This document shows positions 47,045 to 57,295 of a stretch of 64,000 nt of DNA, piece by piece (within the stretch, counting starts at the first letter, position 1; each line of letters begins with the position of its first letter). Below the pieces are notes generated by a model, which ran no database searches, was not told the DNA's origin, and saw only the letters and a program-made list of their open reading frames with translations. A program made the position numbers and the translations under genes. The stretch lies in sequence record NC_100331.1. One strand, given 5' to 3'. This DNA comes from Escherichia phage vB_EcoS_HASG4.

Positions 47045-47521
47045 TCACATCTCAGCAAGTTCTTGCTCAGTAATAACTGTATTACATAGTGCATCTACAG
47101 CTTCATTACCACTAATACCAGAATGTCCTTTAACCTTAATAAAGGTAGGATTAGTATTATGAAAGTTGATATACTGCTGTGTTAATTTAAATGCTTCCTG
47201 CCAAAGTTCTAGATTAAGAGGAACTTCACCATCTGCTTTCTTCCAGCCTTTCCTTTGCCAAGAAAACATCCAACTTTCCATACCGTTTTTGCAATAAGCA
47301 GAATCAGTATAGATAACAATTGGTCTATTATCTTTTTTAACTGACCAACGTAGAGCCTCTACAATAGCCGTGAGTTCCATCTCATTATTTGTAGTTTTAG
47401 GACTATAACCAGATTTAGAACCTAAACGATCATCGTTATCATCATAGACAATAAATCCCCAAGCACCTGGACCTGGGTTAGACTTACAAGCACCATCTGT
47501 GTAAATGTGGAAAACCGACAT
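47045..47521 (-). CDS. rnhA: ribonuclease H (RNase HI type)
   Basis: 158 aa; YTDGAC and TNNEMEL motifs. Confidence 0.85.
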   Translation of the reverse strand: MSVFHIYTDGACKSNPGPGAWGFIVYDDNDDRLGSKSGYSPKTTNNEMELTAIVEALRWSVKKDNRPIVIYTDSAYCKNGMESWMFSWQRKGWKKADGEVPLNLELWQEAFKLTQQYINFHNTNPTFIKVKGHSGISGNEAVDALCNTVITEQELAEM

Positions 47522-47790
47522 TATTTGCTCCAGTCAATTTCAAGCCAAAAACCTTCACGCTGCTCATACTTAGCTTCTACGACATAGCCTAGTTTAGTGA
47601 GTCGTTGCATAACGCTGTTTCTGGCGCTTTCTGAATATTCAGTTAACCCCTGAATATGGCAGTTAAATTCTTTTTCTTTGATTGCTTTATCAATCTCTAC
47701 GGCAATAAGTGACTCTAGATTAAGTACTTCCTGTTTAATAACAGCAATAGTATTTTGTTTTGCTTCTAAAGCAGATAAAAGAATAGACAT
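47521..47790 (-). CDS. hypothetical protein
   Basis: 89 aa. Confidence 0.5.
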   Translation of the reverse strand: MSILLSALEAKQNTIAVIKQEVLNLESLIAVEIDKAIKEKEFNCHIQGLTEYSESARNSVMQRLTKLGYVVEAKYEQREGFWLEIDWSK

Positions 47791-48044
47791 TAGTTTTCGC
47801 CTTCTATAATTACCCTAGTCGCTGGAGGAATTGGCGGCATAGGAGGAATACATGGATGACCTCTCTGTGCATCATTTGGTACTCTTGGCGGTTCAGGTCT
47901 AGTTGCCTTTAATTCCTTTTCTAGGAATTGTTCTAACGCCCGTTCTACAAAATGATCGAAAGGTAAGTGATAATACTGAGACAGAGCTAAGAACCTACGT
48001 TCTTGACTTTGTGTTAAATAAACTTTCTTTTTAAAGAGTCCCAT
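47790..48044 (-). CDS. hypothetical protein
   Basis: ORF 47790-48086 trimmed (track start read through promoter cassette); RBS GGAG. Confidence 0.5.
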   Translation of the reverse strand: MGLFKKKVYLTQSQERRFLALSQYYHLPFDHFVERALEQFLEKELKATRPEPPRVPNDAQRGHPCIPPMPPIPPATRVIIEGEN

Positions 48045-48136
48045 AGTTGTCTCCGATTTATAAAATATATTATATCTAAATTTCACTCAGTAAGCAAATG
48101 AAATTTAAATATAATAGCCCCGAAGGGCTATTTGAG

Positions 48137-48976
48137 TTAGGAAGACATTTTAGCTTTAAGAGCTGGGTGAGGATCATACCCTTCCAAATGGAATGACCAA
48201 GCTGCCGTATTATTTTCTAGCAAGTCGTAAAGATCTACAAACTCTGGCATTATTAGAGTTGGCAGAGGGCGTGGCTTGCGTTTTACCTGTTCTTCTACCT
48301 GTTCCATGTGGTCATTATAGATATGAGTATCCCCGCCACTAAAGATAAGATAACGAGGTTTTAATCCTGTCAGTTTTGCTAATATATGCGTTAATAAAGC
48401 ATAACTAGCAATATTGAAAGGTAAACCGAGGAAACAATCCACAGAGCGTTGTGTCCATTTAAGATCTAGGTATCCATCGTTACTTACATAGCACTGGAAG
48501 CCGTAGTGACAAGGTGGTAATGCCATTTTATCAAGTTCAGCTACGTTCCATGCAGAAACTAGATGTCTGCGGCCATGAGGATTATTCTTGAGTCCTTCAA
48601 TAAGTTCTAGAATCTGATCTCGCCCACCAAAGTTACGCCACTGTTTACCATATACTGGTCCTAGATTACCCTTATCATACCCCATACTTATAGCTTGGTC
48701 TTCATAATTTGGAGTCCAGATGGTCCACTGTCCTTCGTCACGACCAAATGTGAATACACGTAGATCATGAAGATTTGTGGAACCAGACAAGAACCATAAA
48801 AGTTCTCCTACTACTGATTTCCAGGCCAGGCGTTTAGTAGTTACAGCCGGGAACCCTTCACGTAGGTCAAACTTAGCATAGGAATCAAAAATTGAAACTG
48901 TGCCTGTTCCTGTACGGTCATTACGGGGTTCACCTAGTAAAATTACATCTGTCAAAATTTTTAAGTATTGTTGCAT
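48137..48976 (-). CDS. thyA: thymidylate synthase
   Basis: 279 aa; RTGTGT and PPCH motifs; no intron evident. Confidence 0.9.
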   Translation of the reverse strand: MQQYLKILTDVILLGEPRNDRTGTGTVSIFDSYAKFDLREGFPAVTTKRLAWKSVVGELLWFLSGSTNLHDLRVFTFGRDEGQWTIWTPNYEDQAISMGYDKGNLGPVYGKQWRNFGGRDQILELIEGLKNNPHGRRHLVSAWNVAELDKMALPPCHYGFQCYVSNDGYLDLKWTQRSVDCFLGLPFNIASYALLTHILAKLTGLKPRYLIFSGGDTHIYNDHMEQVEEQVKRKPRPLPTLIMPEFVDLYDLLENNTAAWSFHLEGYDPHPALKAKMSS

Positions 48977-49509
48977 TAATAAGTAACCAATTCCTGTACA
49001 AATCGCAGGCTGTTATCACTGTTTGCGCCAACTGCATAGACTAATCGAGTGGATTCATAGTTATAATCCAGTATCATACTATCTAGGTGTATATCTGCCT
49101 CTAGCTTCTGCTCGCTAAAGATTGTAGATACAAAAGCACTTTCAATATGCCCATGTTGGTACATTTCTAGAAGAAGATTAGCTCCACCTAGAACTACTGT
49201 TTGCTGATCTTTTAGAAAAGTAGGTAATGTATCACCTATCATTGATATGGGAGTGTAAATATCGTGTGTAATATCATCTGGCAGTGGACGATCAGCACGA
49301 ATAAATAGGTCAGAAGCTCCAATCATACGTTCCCTAACGGCGTATGGAAGGGCTAAATAAGTACCTGCCCCAATAATAATATTATCAGGATTTAGTACAT
49401 CTAATTGTGAATAAAAAGCATCTAGTTCTTCTTTAAAAGAACCCCAGGGAAGCTTACCTCGGAGGCCGAACTCCCCATTCGGCCCAACTGCATACATTGC
49501 TGTAATCAT
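48976..49509 (-). CDS. folA: dihydrofolate reductase
   Basis: 177 aa; LPW motif. Confidence 0.85.
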   Translation of the reverse strand: MITAMYAVGPNGEFGLRGKLPWGSFKEELDAFYSQLDVLNPDNIIIGAGTYLALPYAVRERMIGASDLFIRADRPLPDDITHDIYTPISMIGDTLPTFLKDQQTVVLGGANLLLEMYQHGHIESAFVSTIFSEQKLEADIHLDSMILDYNYESTRLVYAVGANSDNSLRFVQELVTY

Positions 49510-50651
49510 AGGAAATCTCCAAATTCATTGCCCAGATCTTTCAGAGTATCAGTAGAGGTCTCAGTTACCTGACCTACACGGTAAGCTGCACCAATCTGGA
49601 TTTCTTGTGGAGCAGGCTGTAGAGAAGTAGTATCCAACCAGTTCATGATCCACGGAATAGGGTTTTTGGTGATTACTGGTAAGTGACTAGGCCATTCTAC
49701 ACCAATGTGCATAAATGCGTTACGTCCCACAAAGTACAAGTATTCTTCTAGAAGTTCTGCATTCAAACCAATCAGACTACGACCTTTGAAGATGAAATGA
49801 CCCCATTCAATTTCAGTTTTCAGAGTTTTCAGGAGCTGTGCTGGTGCTTTAGCCACTGCTTCATCTACCAGATCTTTGTCAAACTGCTGGAACATAATCT
49901 GGATGATTGTTTTAGACATCTGAGTATGTAGGGCTTCATCTTTAGCAATCAATTGCAGATTTTTAGCAATACCTTGCAGAATATCGTTCTCTGCTAACGC
50001 AAAGGTACATGCAAAGGATGCGTAGAACTGCATTGCTTCCAGACCGTAGATTGCAAAATAAGCATCTAACAGTTTAGCCTGAGTTTCACGCTTAACTTCA
50101 GGGAACTCAGTTTCTGGATACGTATTGTCACCACGATGATCACGTACTGCAATGAAATACTGACCTAACTGGTACAGTTCATCAAACAGTTCAACAGAAT
50201 CTGCGATACGTGCAAATGCTTCTTGGTTTTTAGTTACAGAATCAATAAATTCTGCCGGATCAGTCAGCACATTACGGATAATGTTGCTATACGCACGGCT
50301 ATGCAGGTCTTCGAAGTAGCTCCACTGTTTTAGCATTCCTTCCAGTTCAGGGCGGCTTACAAGCGGCATAATAGCTGCTTCAGGCGCTCGACTGATAAAG
50401 GAATCAGTTTGAGTCTGCCATGCTAAGTTCAGGAGTGTAATTTCCTGAATTTCACGTGGGAGGTTAGGCCATTGTTTCTTATCTGCTTCCAGACTGATTT
50501 CAGTTTCAGTCCAAAATTGAGAGCGTTGCAGAAGTGCCAGACGCTCTAATTCTGGATGTGCTACACGTACATAATCTGCGATACCTAGAGAATCGCCCAG
50601 GAAAAGATCAGCGTTAGTATGATCCCAATTCAGGTTTAGTAAAGTAGTCAT
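49506..50651 (-). CDS. nrdB: ribonucleotide reductase class Ia small subunit
   Basis: 381 aa; ferritin-like di-iron/tyrosyl radical protein features. Confidence 0.85.
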   Translation of the reverse strand: MTTLLNLNWDHTNADLFLGDSLGIADYVRVAHPELERLALLQRSQFWTETEISLEADKKQWPNLPREIQEITLLNLAWQTQTDSFISRAPEAAIMPLVSRPELEGMLKQWSYFEDLHSRAYSNIIRNVLTDPAEFIDSVTKNQEAFARIADSVELFDELYQLGQYFIAVRDHRGDNTYPETEFPEVKRETQAKLLDAYFAIYGLEAMQFYASFACTFALAENDILQGIAKNLQLIAKDEALHTQMSKTIIQIMFQQFDKDLVDEAVAKAPAQLLKTLKTEIEWGHFIFKGRSLIGLNAELLEEYLYFVGRNAFMHIGVEWPSHLPVITKNPIPWIMNWLDTTSLQPAPQEIQIGAAYRVGQVTETSTDTLKDLGNEFGDFL

Positions 50652-50757
50652 TGATTTTCCTCTTTCTCACTATTTCAGGAATATTATAGCAAATCTGATA
50701 GCGATTAGCAAGTAAAATTTCAAAGAAAAAGGAGACCCGAAGATCTCCTTGTTTTTA

Positions 50758-53088
50758 TTAAATAGTACAACCGCCTGATGCACAACCGGCTGCTTCTTCT
50801 CCAGCACCTCCACCATTTGCAGTGTTGAAGTTAGCATAATACCAAGTTTTCCACCCGTATTTAACAGCAGTCATGAAATCACGAACTACTACTGGGCCAG
50901 GAATAATTTCATTCTCAAACTTGGTGTAGTCATAGTACATATTCGTACTGATAGACTGACTGAAGAATTTCTGCATAGTTGCTACCCATTTGATCCACTC
51001 GATACGATCTACATCATAAGCCAGTTTATAGCTCATTAACGTTTCCCAATCGGTTGCACCTGGAGCAATTGCAATTACTTTATTCACTGCACTACCCTTG
51101 ATAGATACAATCTTACGAGGTGGTTCAATAGAGTTAGTAACGCCTAACAGAACAGAGGAACTTTCTCCCGGCATCTGCGCAGTCAGAACAGAGTTACGCA
51201 TACCGTATTTAAGAATATCTGCACGCAGAGATTCCCAATCCATTTCTAGACCTACGGATACCAGCTCATCAACAGTTTTCTTATACGTGTCGATTACCAG
51301 AACTCCTTTGGAGGGTTTAGTACGATTAAACCATTCACATGCACCTTGTTCTTTAGCCAGACGTACAGAGGCTTTATGTAGGAAGTAAGACAGTTTTTCA
51401 GCCTCACGATGAATCCAGTTACGTGCTTCAACGCCTTCGTAGGCCAAACCTTCCGCCGCCATTGCACCTGCTGCGTTCATCAGACCAATACCAACATTAC
51501 GACGTTTCTTAGCCGTATATTCCATAGTTGGGAACGGATAATCCTGAATTTCAATGATGGTATCAACGAATTTCAGAAGAATATAGCAAGTCTTTTCCCA
51601 CTCAGCCAGAGATTCCATGCGTCCTAGTACAACACCACCTAAGTTACACAGAGATACTTCCCCAATATCCTCCGGCTTCATTTGATCAAGTTGTTCTTTT
51701 GTTTTATACAGTTCCGTGATATGATGGAACGGGCGTGTAGGCTGAGTAATTTCAACACAAAGGTTTGTCATACGGATCGGATCAAGGAAGTTACCGTGAC
51801 GATTAGATTCCCCGATGTGGTGAGCATACATACGTCCTGTTTCCATTCGGATACGTAGCCAAGTATCTAGGATTTCTTTTGCAGAGACTTTAGGAGCTGC
51901 TGGAACTGTTTTTCCTTCGTGGTCGATCTTTGTAAGAGATGCCACACGTTTCTCCGCTGCCACATAGATTTCTTCAAATTTAGCCTCGTCATCACTATAA
52001 AACGCTTCATGAACTTCTGGAGCATAGAAGTATGACATTAGCGTAATATCTTCATTTTTCAGATAACGTTTTAACAAAAGATTGTTGAAGCTCAGAGAAT
52101 AATCCATCTTATCGATTTTATTCTCGTCTGTAGCACGTTGTTGCTTAACCTGCATCAACTGGATGATTTCAGGGTCAAAGTATGGATAAGACACTGTAGC
52201 AGAACCACCACGAGTTTGCTGAGTATTGGCCTTTACTGAGCGGTCAATGTGTCGATAATATGGCAGTTTTCCGGAATGCGGGAATGCCCCATTTCGCACC
52301 GGATCAGCAATTGATCGGCTTTCAAGATGATACCCGATTCCCGCTCTGGCTGCAACCATTTTGAAGACGATGTGTTCGGCCGTGTCGATTGAATCCAATG
52401 TGTCAGTGGAATCAACGAGGCAACAACTAGCAAATCCACGATCACTAGAGCGTAAGCCAACCAATGGCGGCGTGGGAACGTTGATTTTGTGTAGCGACAT
52501 TGCGTTGTAGAGGTCGATTGCATCTAGAATTGTCCAATTAGGTTGAGATAACATTGCCATTGCCATACCCATATAGGCGAATTGCGGAGTTTCGTAAATT
52601 TCTCCAGTTGCTATATTACGGCGAGAATACTTATCAAAGAATTGTTTCAGTCCTCCACTAGTGAAAAGACGGTCACGATCATGGTCAATAACCTGATTCA
52701 AAGCCTCAAACTGCTCATCGGTAATCCATGCACTCATGTCTTCCCATGCACCTACACTAACCATATGATCATGGAAGAAGCGTAGAGAAGGTGGTTCAAA
52801 GGAATCATAAAGGCGTTTACGCATCTGCGCAAGACGTAATTCCTTTGCTGGCACGTCGTATGCTGGATTATCTTTGATAAGACTTTCAGCAGCTTTAATT
52901 AAAGCATCCATCAGAGTGTCGGAATCTACAACCCCTTTAGGCAGAGTTTTTTGAGCAGCCATAGTAATGGCTGACCAACTTACATCAACTGTTTTGCAAC
53001 CATACTCTGCCCAACCATTGAGTTTTTCAGGAGCAAAGTCTTCTACAGTACCGTCACGTTTAATTACTTTTTCAATGCGATGGCTCAT
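50758..53088 (-). CDS. nrdA: ribonucleotide reductase class Ia large subunit
   Basis: start set at ATG for MSHRIEKVIKRDG (ATP-cone, RBS AAGGA); track ORF extends to 53193. Confidence 0.9.
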   Translation of the reverse strand: MSHRIEKVIKRDGTVEDFAPEKLNGWAEYGCKTVDVSWSAITMAAQKTLPKGVVDSDTLMDALIKAAESLIKDNPAYDVPAKELRLAQMRKRLYDSFEPPSLRFFHDHMVSVGAWEDMSAWITDEQFEALNQVIDHDRDRLFTSGGLKQFFDKYSRRNIATGEIYETPQFAYMGMAMAMLSQPNWTILDAIDLYNAMSLHKINVPTPPLVGLRSSDRGFASCCLVDSTDTLDSIDTAEHIVFKMVAARAGIGYHLESRSIADPVRNGAFPHSGKLPYYRHIDRSVKANTQQTRGGSATVSYPYFDPEIIQLMQVKQQRATDENKIDKMDYSLSFNNLLLKRYLKNEDITLMSYFYAPEVHEAFYSDDEAKFEEIYVAAEKRVASLTKIDHEGKTVPAAPKVSAKEILDTWLRIRMETGRMYAHHIGESNRHGNFLDPIRMTNLCVEITQPTRPFHHITELYKTKEQLDQMKPEDIGEVSLCNLGGVVLGRMESLAEWEKTCYILLKFVDTIIEIQDYPFPTMEYTAKKRRNVGIGLMNAAGAMAAEGLAYEGVEARNWIHREAEKLSYFLHKASVRLAKEQGACEWFNRTKPSKGVLVIDTYKKTVDELVSVGLEMDWESLRADILKYGMRNSVLTAQMPGESSSVLLGVTNSIEPPRKIVSIKGSAVNKVIAIAPGATDWETLMSYKLAYDVDRIEWIKWVATMQKFFSQSISTNMYYDYTKFENEIIPGPVVVRDFMTAVKYGWKTWYYANFNTANGGGAGEEAAGCASGGCTI

Positions 53089-53232
53089 TTGGTTTTCCTT
53101 TTTATAATTATCAGGATTTAGGAAATAGTTTACTTTATTCTCAGTCATTTGGCAAATAAAATTTTCTGATAGAAAAGGCCCGAGTATTTTCATACCCAGG
53201 CCTTCTGTGTTGTCAGTCTAGTTTTTGGCCAC

Positions 53233-53430
53233 TTAAGTTCTCAGCAGAATATCTATTGAGGTACTTAGTTCATTATAATTGAAGGGCCGATTTGGATTTG
53301 AGGTTACAATTTTCCACGCTAGGGTAGTCTTAGGACTTTCTTCCCCTTCCTTACGTGTAATCATATTAGCAGCACTCAATGAGGTACGGTGAATTTTAGT
53401 TTTACGGTGTAGATGTACGACGTTTCCCAT
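53233..53430 (-). CDS. small hypothetical protein
   Basis: ORF 53233-53499 trimmed to ATG abutting PhoH stop. Confidence 0.35.
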   Translation of the reverse strand: MGNVVHLHRKTKIHRTSLSAANMITRKEGEESPKTTLAWKIVTSNPNRPFNYNELSTSIDILLRT

Positions 53431-53431
53431 A

Positions 53432-54193
53432 TTACACCTTCCCCATGTCTTTAAAAATATCGTAGAATGCTTTAGACTCAGCAGAACGAACGTTATCAAT
53501 CAATTCGATCATTGAGAATGGAGCATTTTCATATTTCTCATAAACTTCCATAAGAAGTGCTAGACCTGAGTCACCTTTAATGTCTTTCTGAGCTATATCT
53601 CCGCAGATAATTAAACGGCAGTCTTGTCCTACACGAGTTAGGAGACAAACCATTGCCTCAACGGAAATATTCTGAGCTTCATCGACAATTACATAGGAGT
53701 TGTTGAAAGTTCTGCCACGAGCATGTTCTATAGCCAAAAATTTAATTTTCTGACGTTCGACATATCCCTTATAGGCATGATCACCGATGGCCCATTTCAT
53801 ACCATCAGCTATTGGCTCCAACCAAGGCTCTAGCTTTTCTGCTAGATCACCAGGAAGCATACCAAGAGACTTACCTAGAGGTTCATTAGGACGTACGAGA
53901 ATCACTTGCTCAATATCTGAGTGAATGTCTACGAGTTCCTGAGCTGCAAGAACGGACGGGATAAAGGTTTTACCGGTACCTGGCTCACCAATGCCCACAG
54001 TCACTGTGTTGTTCTTGATCATATTGATATATGATTTTTGCTCTCGGTTTTTACCTACTAGGGATTTAGCAACTGGGTTAGCGTAATCATTAGAAAAATC
54101 AGCCTGAATTACGTTATTCTCATATTTGTTGCCACGCTTTCTTGAACCATTGCGGTTCTCTCTTTTTTGACGTGCTTTTCCCATAAATAACAC
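53432..54193 (-). CDS. phoH: PhoH-like ATPase
   Basis: 253 aa; Walker A GEPGTGKTF. Confidence 0.85.
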   Translation of the reverse strand: MLFMGKARQKRENRNGSRKRGNKYENNVIQADFSNDYANPVAKSLVGKNREQKSYINMIKNNTVTVGIGEPGTGKTFIPSVLAAQELVDIHSDIEQVILVRPNEPLGKSLGMLPGDLAEKLEPWLEPIADGMKWAIGDHAYKGYVERQKIKFLAIEHARGRTFNNSYVIVDEAQNISVEAMVCLLTRVGQDCRLIICGDIAQKDIKGDSGLALLMEVYEKYENAPFSMIELIDNVRSAESKAFYDIFKDMGKV

Positions 54194-54496
54194 TCCTATA
54201 GTGTACTTCGCTAACAGAGGATCAACAAAAAGATCTTGTTTATCAACTTACAAATATATTATACCAGTATATGCAGTAAAAAGCAACTACAATTTTAAAT
54301 AAGCCTATGATATTGCATTTAAATAAAAAATTTGCTTGCTTTTAACTGGAAATGTATGGTATTAGATAATCATTTTATACCGCGTACATAGGCGCGTGAT
54401 TATACTATTTTAAGTACAAAATAGCAAATAAATTTTTTAACAATTTGCTAACTTTTTAGCACAGATCAAAATACAATATCTAAGAGAAAAATTATA

Positions 54497-54525
54497 TTGA
54501 CATTTGCCCTTGAATAAGCTATAAT
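54497..54525 (+). promoter_or_regulatory. consensus sigma70 promoter (TTGACA-17-TATAAT)
   Basis: ttgaca 54497-54502, tataat 54520-54525, then RBS AAAGGAGGG. Confidence 0.75.
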
Positions 54526-54554
54526 AGTAGTCTTAGTTAGAAAAGGAGGGTATA

Positions 54555-56429
54555 ATGAATCGCAATGATGAACTAAAATACAAGGAAATGCAGTCCTTGA
54601 TTAGAAACTGCAAAGAAATTATTGAGGGTTCTGCTGATGAAGAGCTCCTCTTTAATAATGCGAATAAACCCTCTGAGCGTTTCCCTACACAAAGGGATAT
54701 GCTTGCAGGGGAATTGAGTAAATATCTGATTCTAGAAGAAATGCCAATTCAGATTCGAAATGCTCATATGATTGGCGATATTCACTTTCATGATGCTGAT
54801 TACGCTGCTTTAGGCATGACTAACTGTTGCCTAGTAGCCCTGGAAGATATGTTGAAAAATGGTATGAAAGTTGGTAATGCTGAAATTAGCACTCCAAACT
54901 CTATCACTACTGCGGCGGCTATTACTGCTCAGATTATCACTCAGGTTAGCTCCCATCAGTATGGTGGTACTTCTGTAGATCGCCTTGATGAAGTATTAGC
55001 CCCTTATGTTCGTAAGTCCTATGATAAAAATCATGCGTTTGCAAAACGTTGGACTAAGGATGAAGCTAAAGCATCTGTAATGGCTACGGAGATGACTGAA
55101 AAAGAAGTCTATGATGCTTGTCAGGGTCTAGAGTATGAAATCAATACGATGTTCAACTCTAATGGTCAGAGTCCATTTATTACCTTTGGTTTTGGTCTAG
55201 GAACTTCTTGGGAAGCACGTCTAGTACAGAAAGCAATACTGAAAGTACGTATGGATGGCTTAGGTATCAATAAACGTACAGCTATCTTTCCGAAACTGGT
55301 GTTTGTTCTGCGTGATGGCGTAAATATGAAGCCAGGGGATGTTAACTATGACATCAAGAAGTTAGCTATGAAATGTACTGCTGAACGTATGTATCCAGAC
55401 TATATCAGCTATGATAAGGTTGTGGAAGTTACTGGTGACTATAAAGTTTCTATGGGCTGCCGTTCATTCCTAGCTGCTGCAGAAGATGGTGAAACTGCCG
55501 GTCGTAATAACTTAGGTGTTGTTTCTGTAAACTTGCCTAGAATTGCTATCGAAGCTGAAGGAAATATTGATCTATTCTTTGATTTGCTTGAGCTACGTGT
55601 TGATACAGCGTTAAAAGCGTTGGAGTGGAGAGTTGATCGCTTAAAATACATTCAAGCTAAAGCCGCGCCCATCCTCTATATGTCAGGGGCCTTTGGGTTA
55701 CGCTTAGGGCCTGATGAATATGTATTCGATCATTTCTATAACCGTGCTTCTGTATCTCTGGGGTATATTGGTTGCCATGAAATGCTACAGTTCATGTTTG
55801 GCAAAGATGTAGATACAATGTCAGATACCTGTATTAAGTTTGTACAACGTGTTCTACAGTATATGCGGGATAGAGTGGACCAGAAGAAGGAAGAGACTCA
55901 GTTAGGTTATAGCCTGTATGCTACACCATCAGAATCCCTATGTGATCGCTTTTGTCGCCTAGACCGTGAATATTTCCCGGAACATGAAGATATTATGTCC
56001 AAAGGTTACTACACTAACTCACACCACCTCGATGTGGAGCGTAAGGTTGCTCCAAACGTGAAGTTTGATTATGAATCTAATTTTACTCCAATTGCATCTG
56101 GTGGGTGTATTTCCTACGTGGAATTACCAGACATGAAACGATTCCCGGATGCACTGGAATGGGTTATTAACTATGCTGCTAGTAAGGTTCATTACTTTGG
56201 TATTAATACTCCAGTGGATTCTTGTGGTAAATGTGGGTTCTTGGGTGAGACAGTAGCTTCTGAAGATGGATTTAAGTGCCCTATCTGTGGTAATCATGAC
56301 CCTGAAACTCTTGAAGTAACTCGTCGAGTTTGTGGGTATCTTGGAAATCCAGGCGCTCGTCCGTTTAACCCAGGCAAACAACATGAGGTTATGGGCAGGG
56401 TGAAACATCAGGATATTCGAGCTAAATAA
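54555..56429 (+). CDS. nrdD: anaerobic ribonucleotide reductase (class III) large subunit
   Basis: 624 aa; C-terminal glycyl-radical motif RVCGYLG and Cys-rich zinc site. Confidence 0.9.
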   Translation: MNRNDELKYKEMQSLIRNCKEIIEGSADEELLFNNANKPSERFPTQRDMLAGELSKYLILEEMPIQIRNAHMIGDIHFHDADYAALGMTNCCLVALEDMLKNGMKVGNAEISTPNSITTAAAITAQIITQVSSHQYGGTSVDRLDEVLAPYVRKSYDKNHAFAKRWTKDEAKASVMATEMTEKEVYDACQGLEYEINTMFNSNGQSPFITFGFGLGTSWEARLVQKAILKVRMDGLGINKRTAIFPKLVFVLRDGVNMKPGDVNYDIKKLAMKCTAERMYPDYISYDKVVEVTGDYKVSMGCRSFLAAAEDGETAGRNNLGVVSVNLPRIAIEAEGNIDLFFDLLELRVDTALKALEWRVDRLKYIQAKAAPILYMSGAFGLRLGPDEYVFDHFYNRASVSLGYIGCHEMLQFMFGKDVDTMSDTCIKFVQRVLQYMRDRVDQKKEETQLGYSLYATPSESLCDRFCRLDREYFPEHEDIMSKGYYTNSHHLDVERKVAPNVKFDYESNFTPIASGGCISYVELPDMKRFPDALEWVINYAASKVHYFGINTPVDSCGKCGFLGETVASEDGFKCPICGNHDPETLEVTRRVCGYLGNPGARPFNPGKQHEVMGRVKHQDIRAK

Positions 56430-56471
56430 GCTAATCAGCCAGGTTGCTAGTCGACCTGGCTTTTATTTTAT

Positions 56472-56500
56472 TTGCTTTCAGCTAAAAATTTATGTATAAT
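56472..56500 (+). promoter_or_regulatory. T5-type early promoter (TTGCTT-17-TATAAT) with conserved leader
   Basis: ttgctt 56472-56477, tataat 56495-56500, leader agatttataaatttgagagg. Confidence 0.7.
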
Positions 56501-56528
56501 AGATTTATAAATTTGAGAGGAGAAGACT

Positions 56529-56906
56529 ATGAAAGTAAAACCCTATATCATTGTTTCAACCTGTGGGAGCTACCAATTAGCAGTAGAAACCATAGAAGAA
56601 GCTATTTTTGCTGCTACGGGTGATTATTCTCGTCTTGAGGGGGTTGGTTATCCTAGCATTATGGGTAATTGGGTGGAAACTAATTTAGATGTTAATCCAT
56701 ATAATTCTGATTATGAAGATGAAGAAGAGGTACGGAATAACATTGAATTTGTATATAAAAGAATCTTAAGTATCTATGAGTATCAGGGCAGCCCTACTGA
56801 GTATGTGGATATTACTGAAGTAGCTAAGAAGCGCCTTAAATACGTTTATGCCAATTTTTCAAATGAAGACCTGGAAACAGTTGCAGTGGAGTTTAATAAT
56901 GACTAA
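56529..56906 (+). CDS. hypothetical acidic protein
   Basis: 125 aa; RBS GAGAGGAG. Confidence 0.55.
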   Translation: MKVKPYIIVSTCGSYQLAVETIEEAIFAATGDYSRLEGVGYPSIMGNWVETNLDVNPYNSDYEDEEEVRNNIEFVYKRILSIYEYQGSPTEYVDITEVAKKRLKYVYANFSNEDLETVAVEFNND

Positions 56907-57105
56907 GAATGTGAAACACCTTAAATATCGCTTAATCTATAACGGACGTATGGAAACAGAAGAGCTAGCTCAATTAGCTATTAACTCTAATGAGGTTATG
57001 GTGCGTGCGCTAGCAATTGAAAAGTTGCGGGCTTCTTATGAAAGTCGTATTATGGAACTAGAGGAGAAACTTTATGGCATTCTCGAAGCCGATGCTGCCC
57101 GATAA
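56899..57105 (+). CDS. hypothetical protein
   Basis: ORF 56848-57105 trimmed to ATG overlapping upstream stop. Confidence 0.45.
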   Translation: MTKNVKHLKYRLIYNGRMETEELAQLAINSNEVMVRALAIEKLRASYESRIMELEEKLYGILEADAAR

Positions 57106-57295
57106 TGGCTTAAATGCTGCACTGGAAAATGCATTGATGCAGCAGTGGGAGGCTGGATATAAGGATGGGGTTGAATCTTGTGCAAAAATAATGGATATTA
57201 TGGCTAATTCTGTAGTTGGGAAAGCCCATCCAGAAGTATCTGATATACTCCATAACCTTAGTAAAAACTTCAGAGAACAGGTGAAAAATGCGTAG
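57074..57295 (+). CDS. hypothetical protein
   Basis: 73 aa. Confidence 0.45.
   Translation: MAFSKPMLPDNGLNAALENALMQQWEAGYKDGVESCAKIMDIMANSVVGKAHPEVSDILHNLSKNFREQVKNA

Noticed and set aside
48137-56429. Group I introns in thyA, nrdB, nrdA or nrdD
   Set aside because: All four reading frames are continuous with expected motifs in order; no interruption seen.
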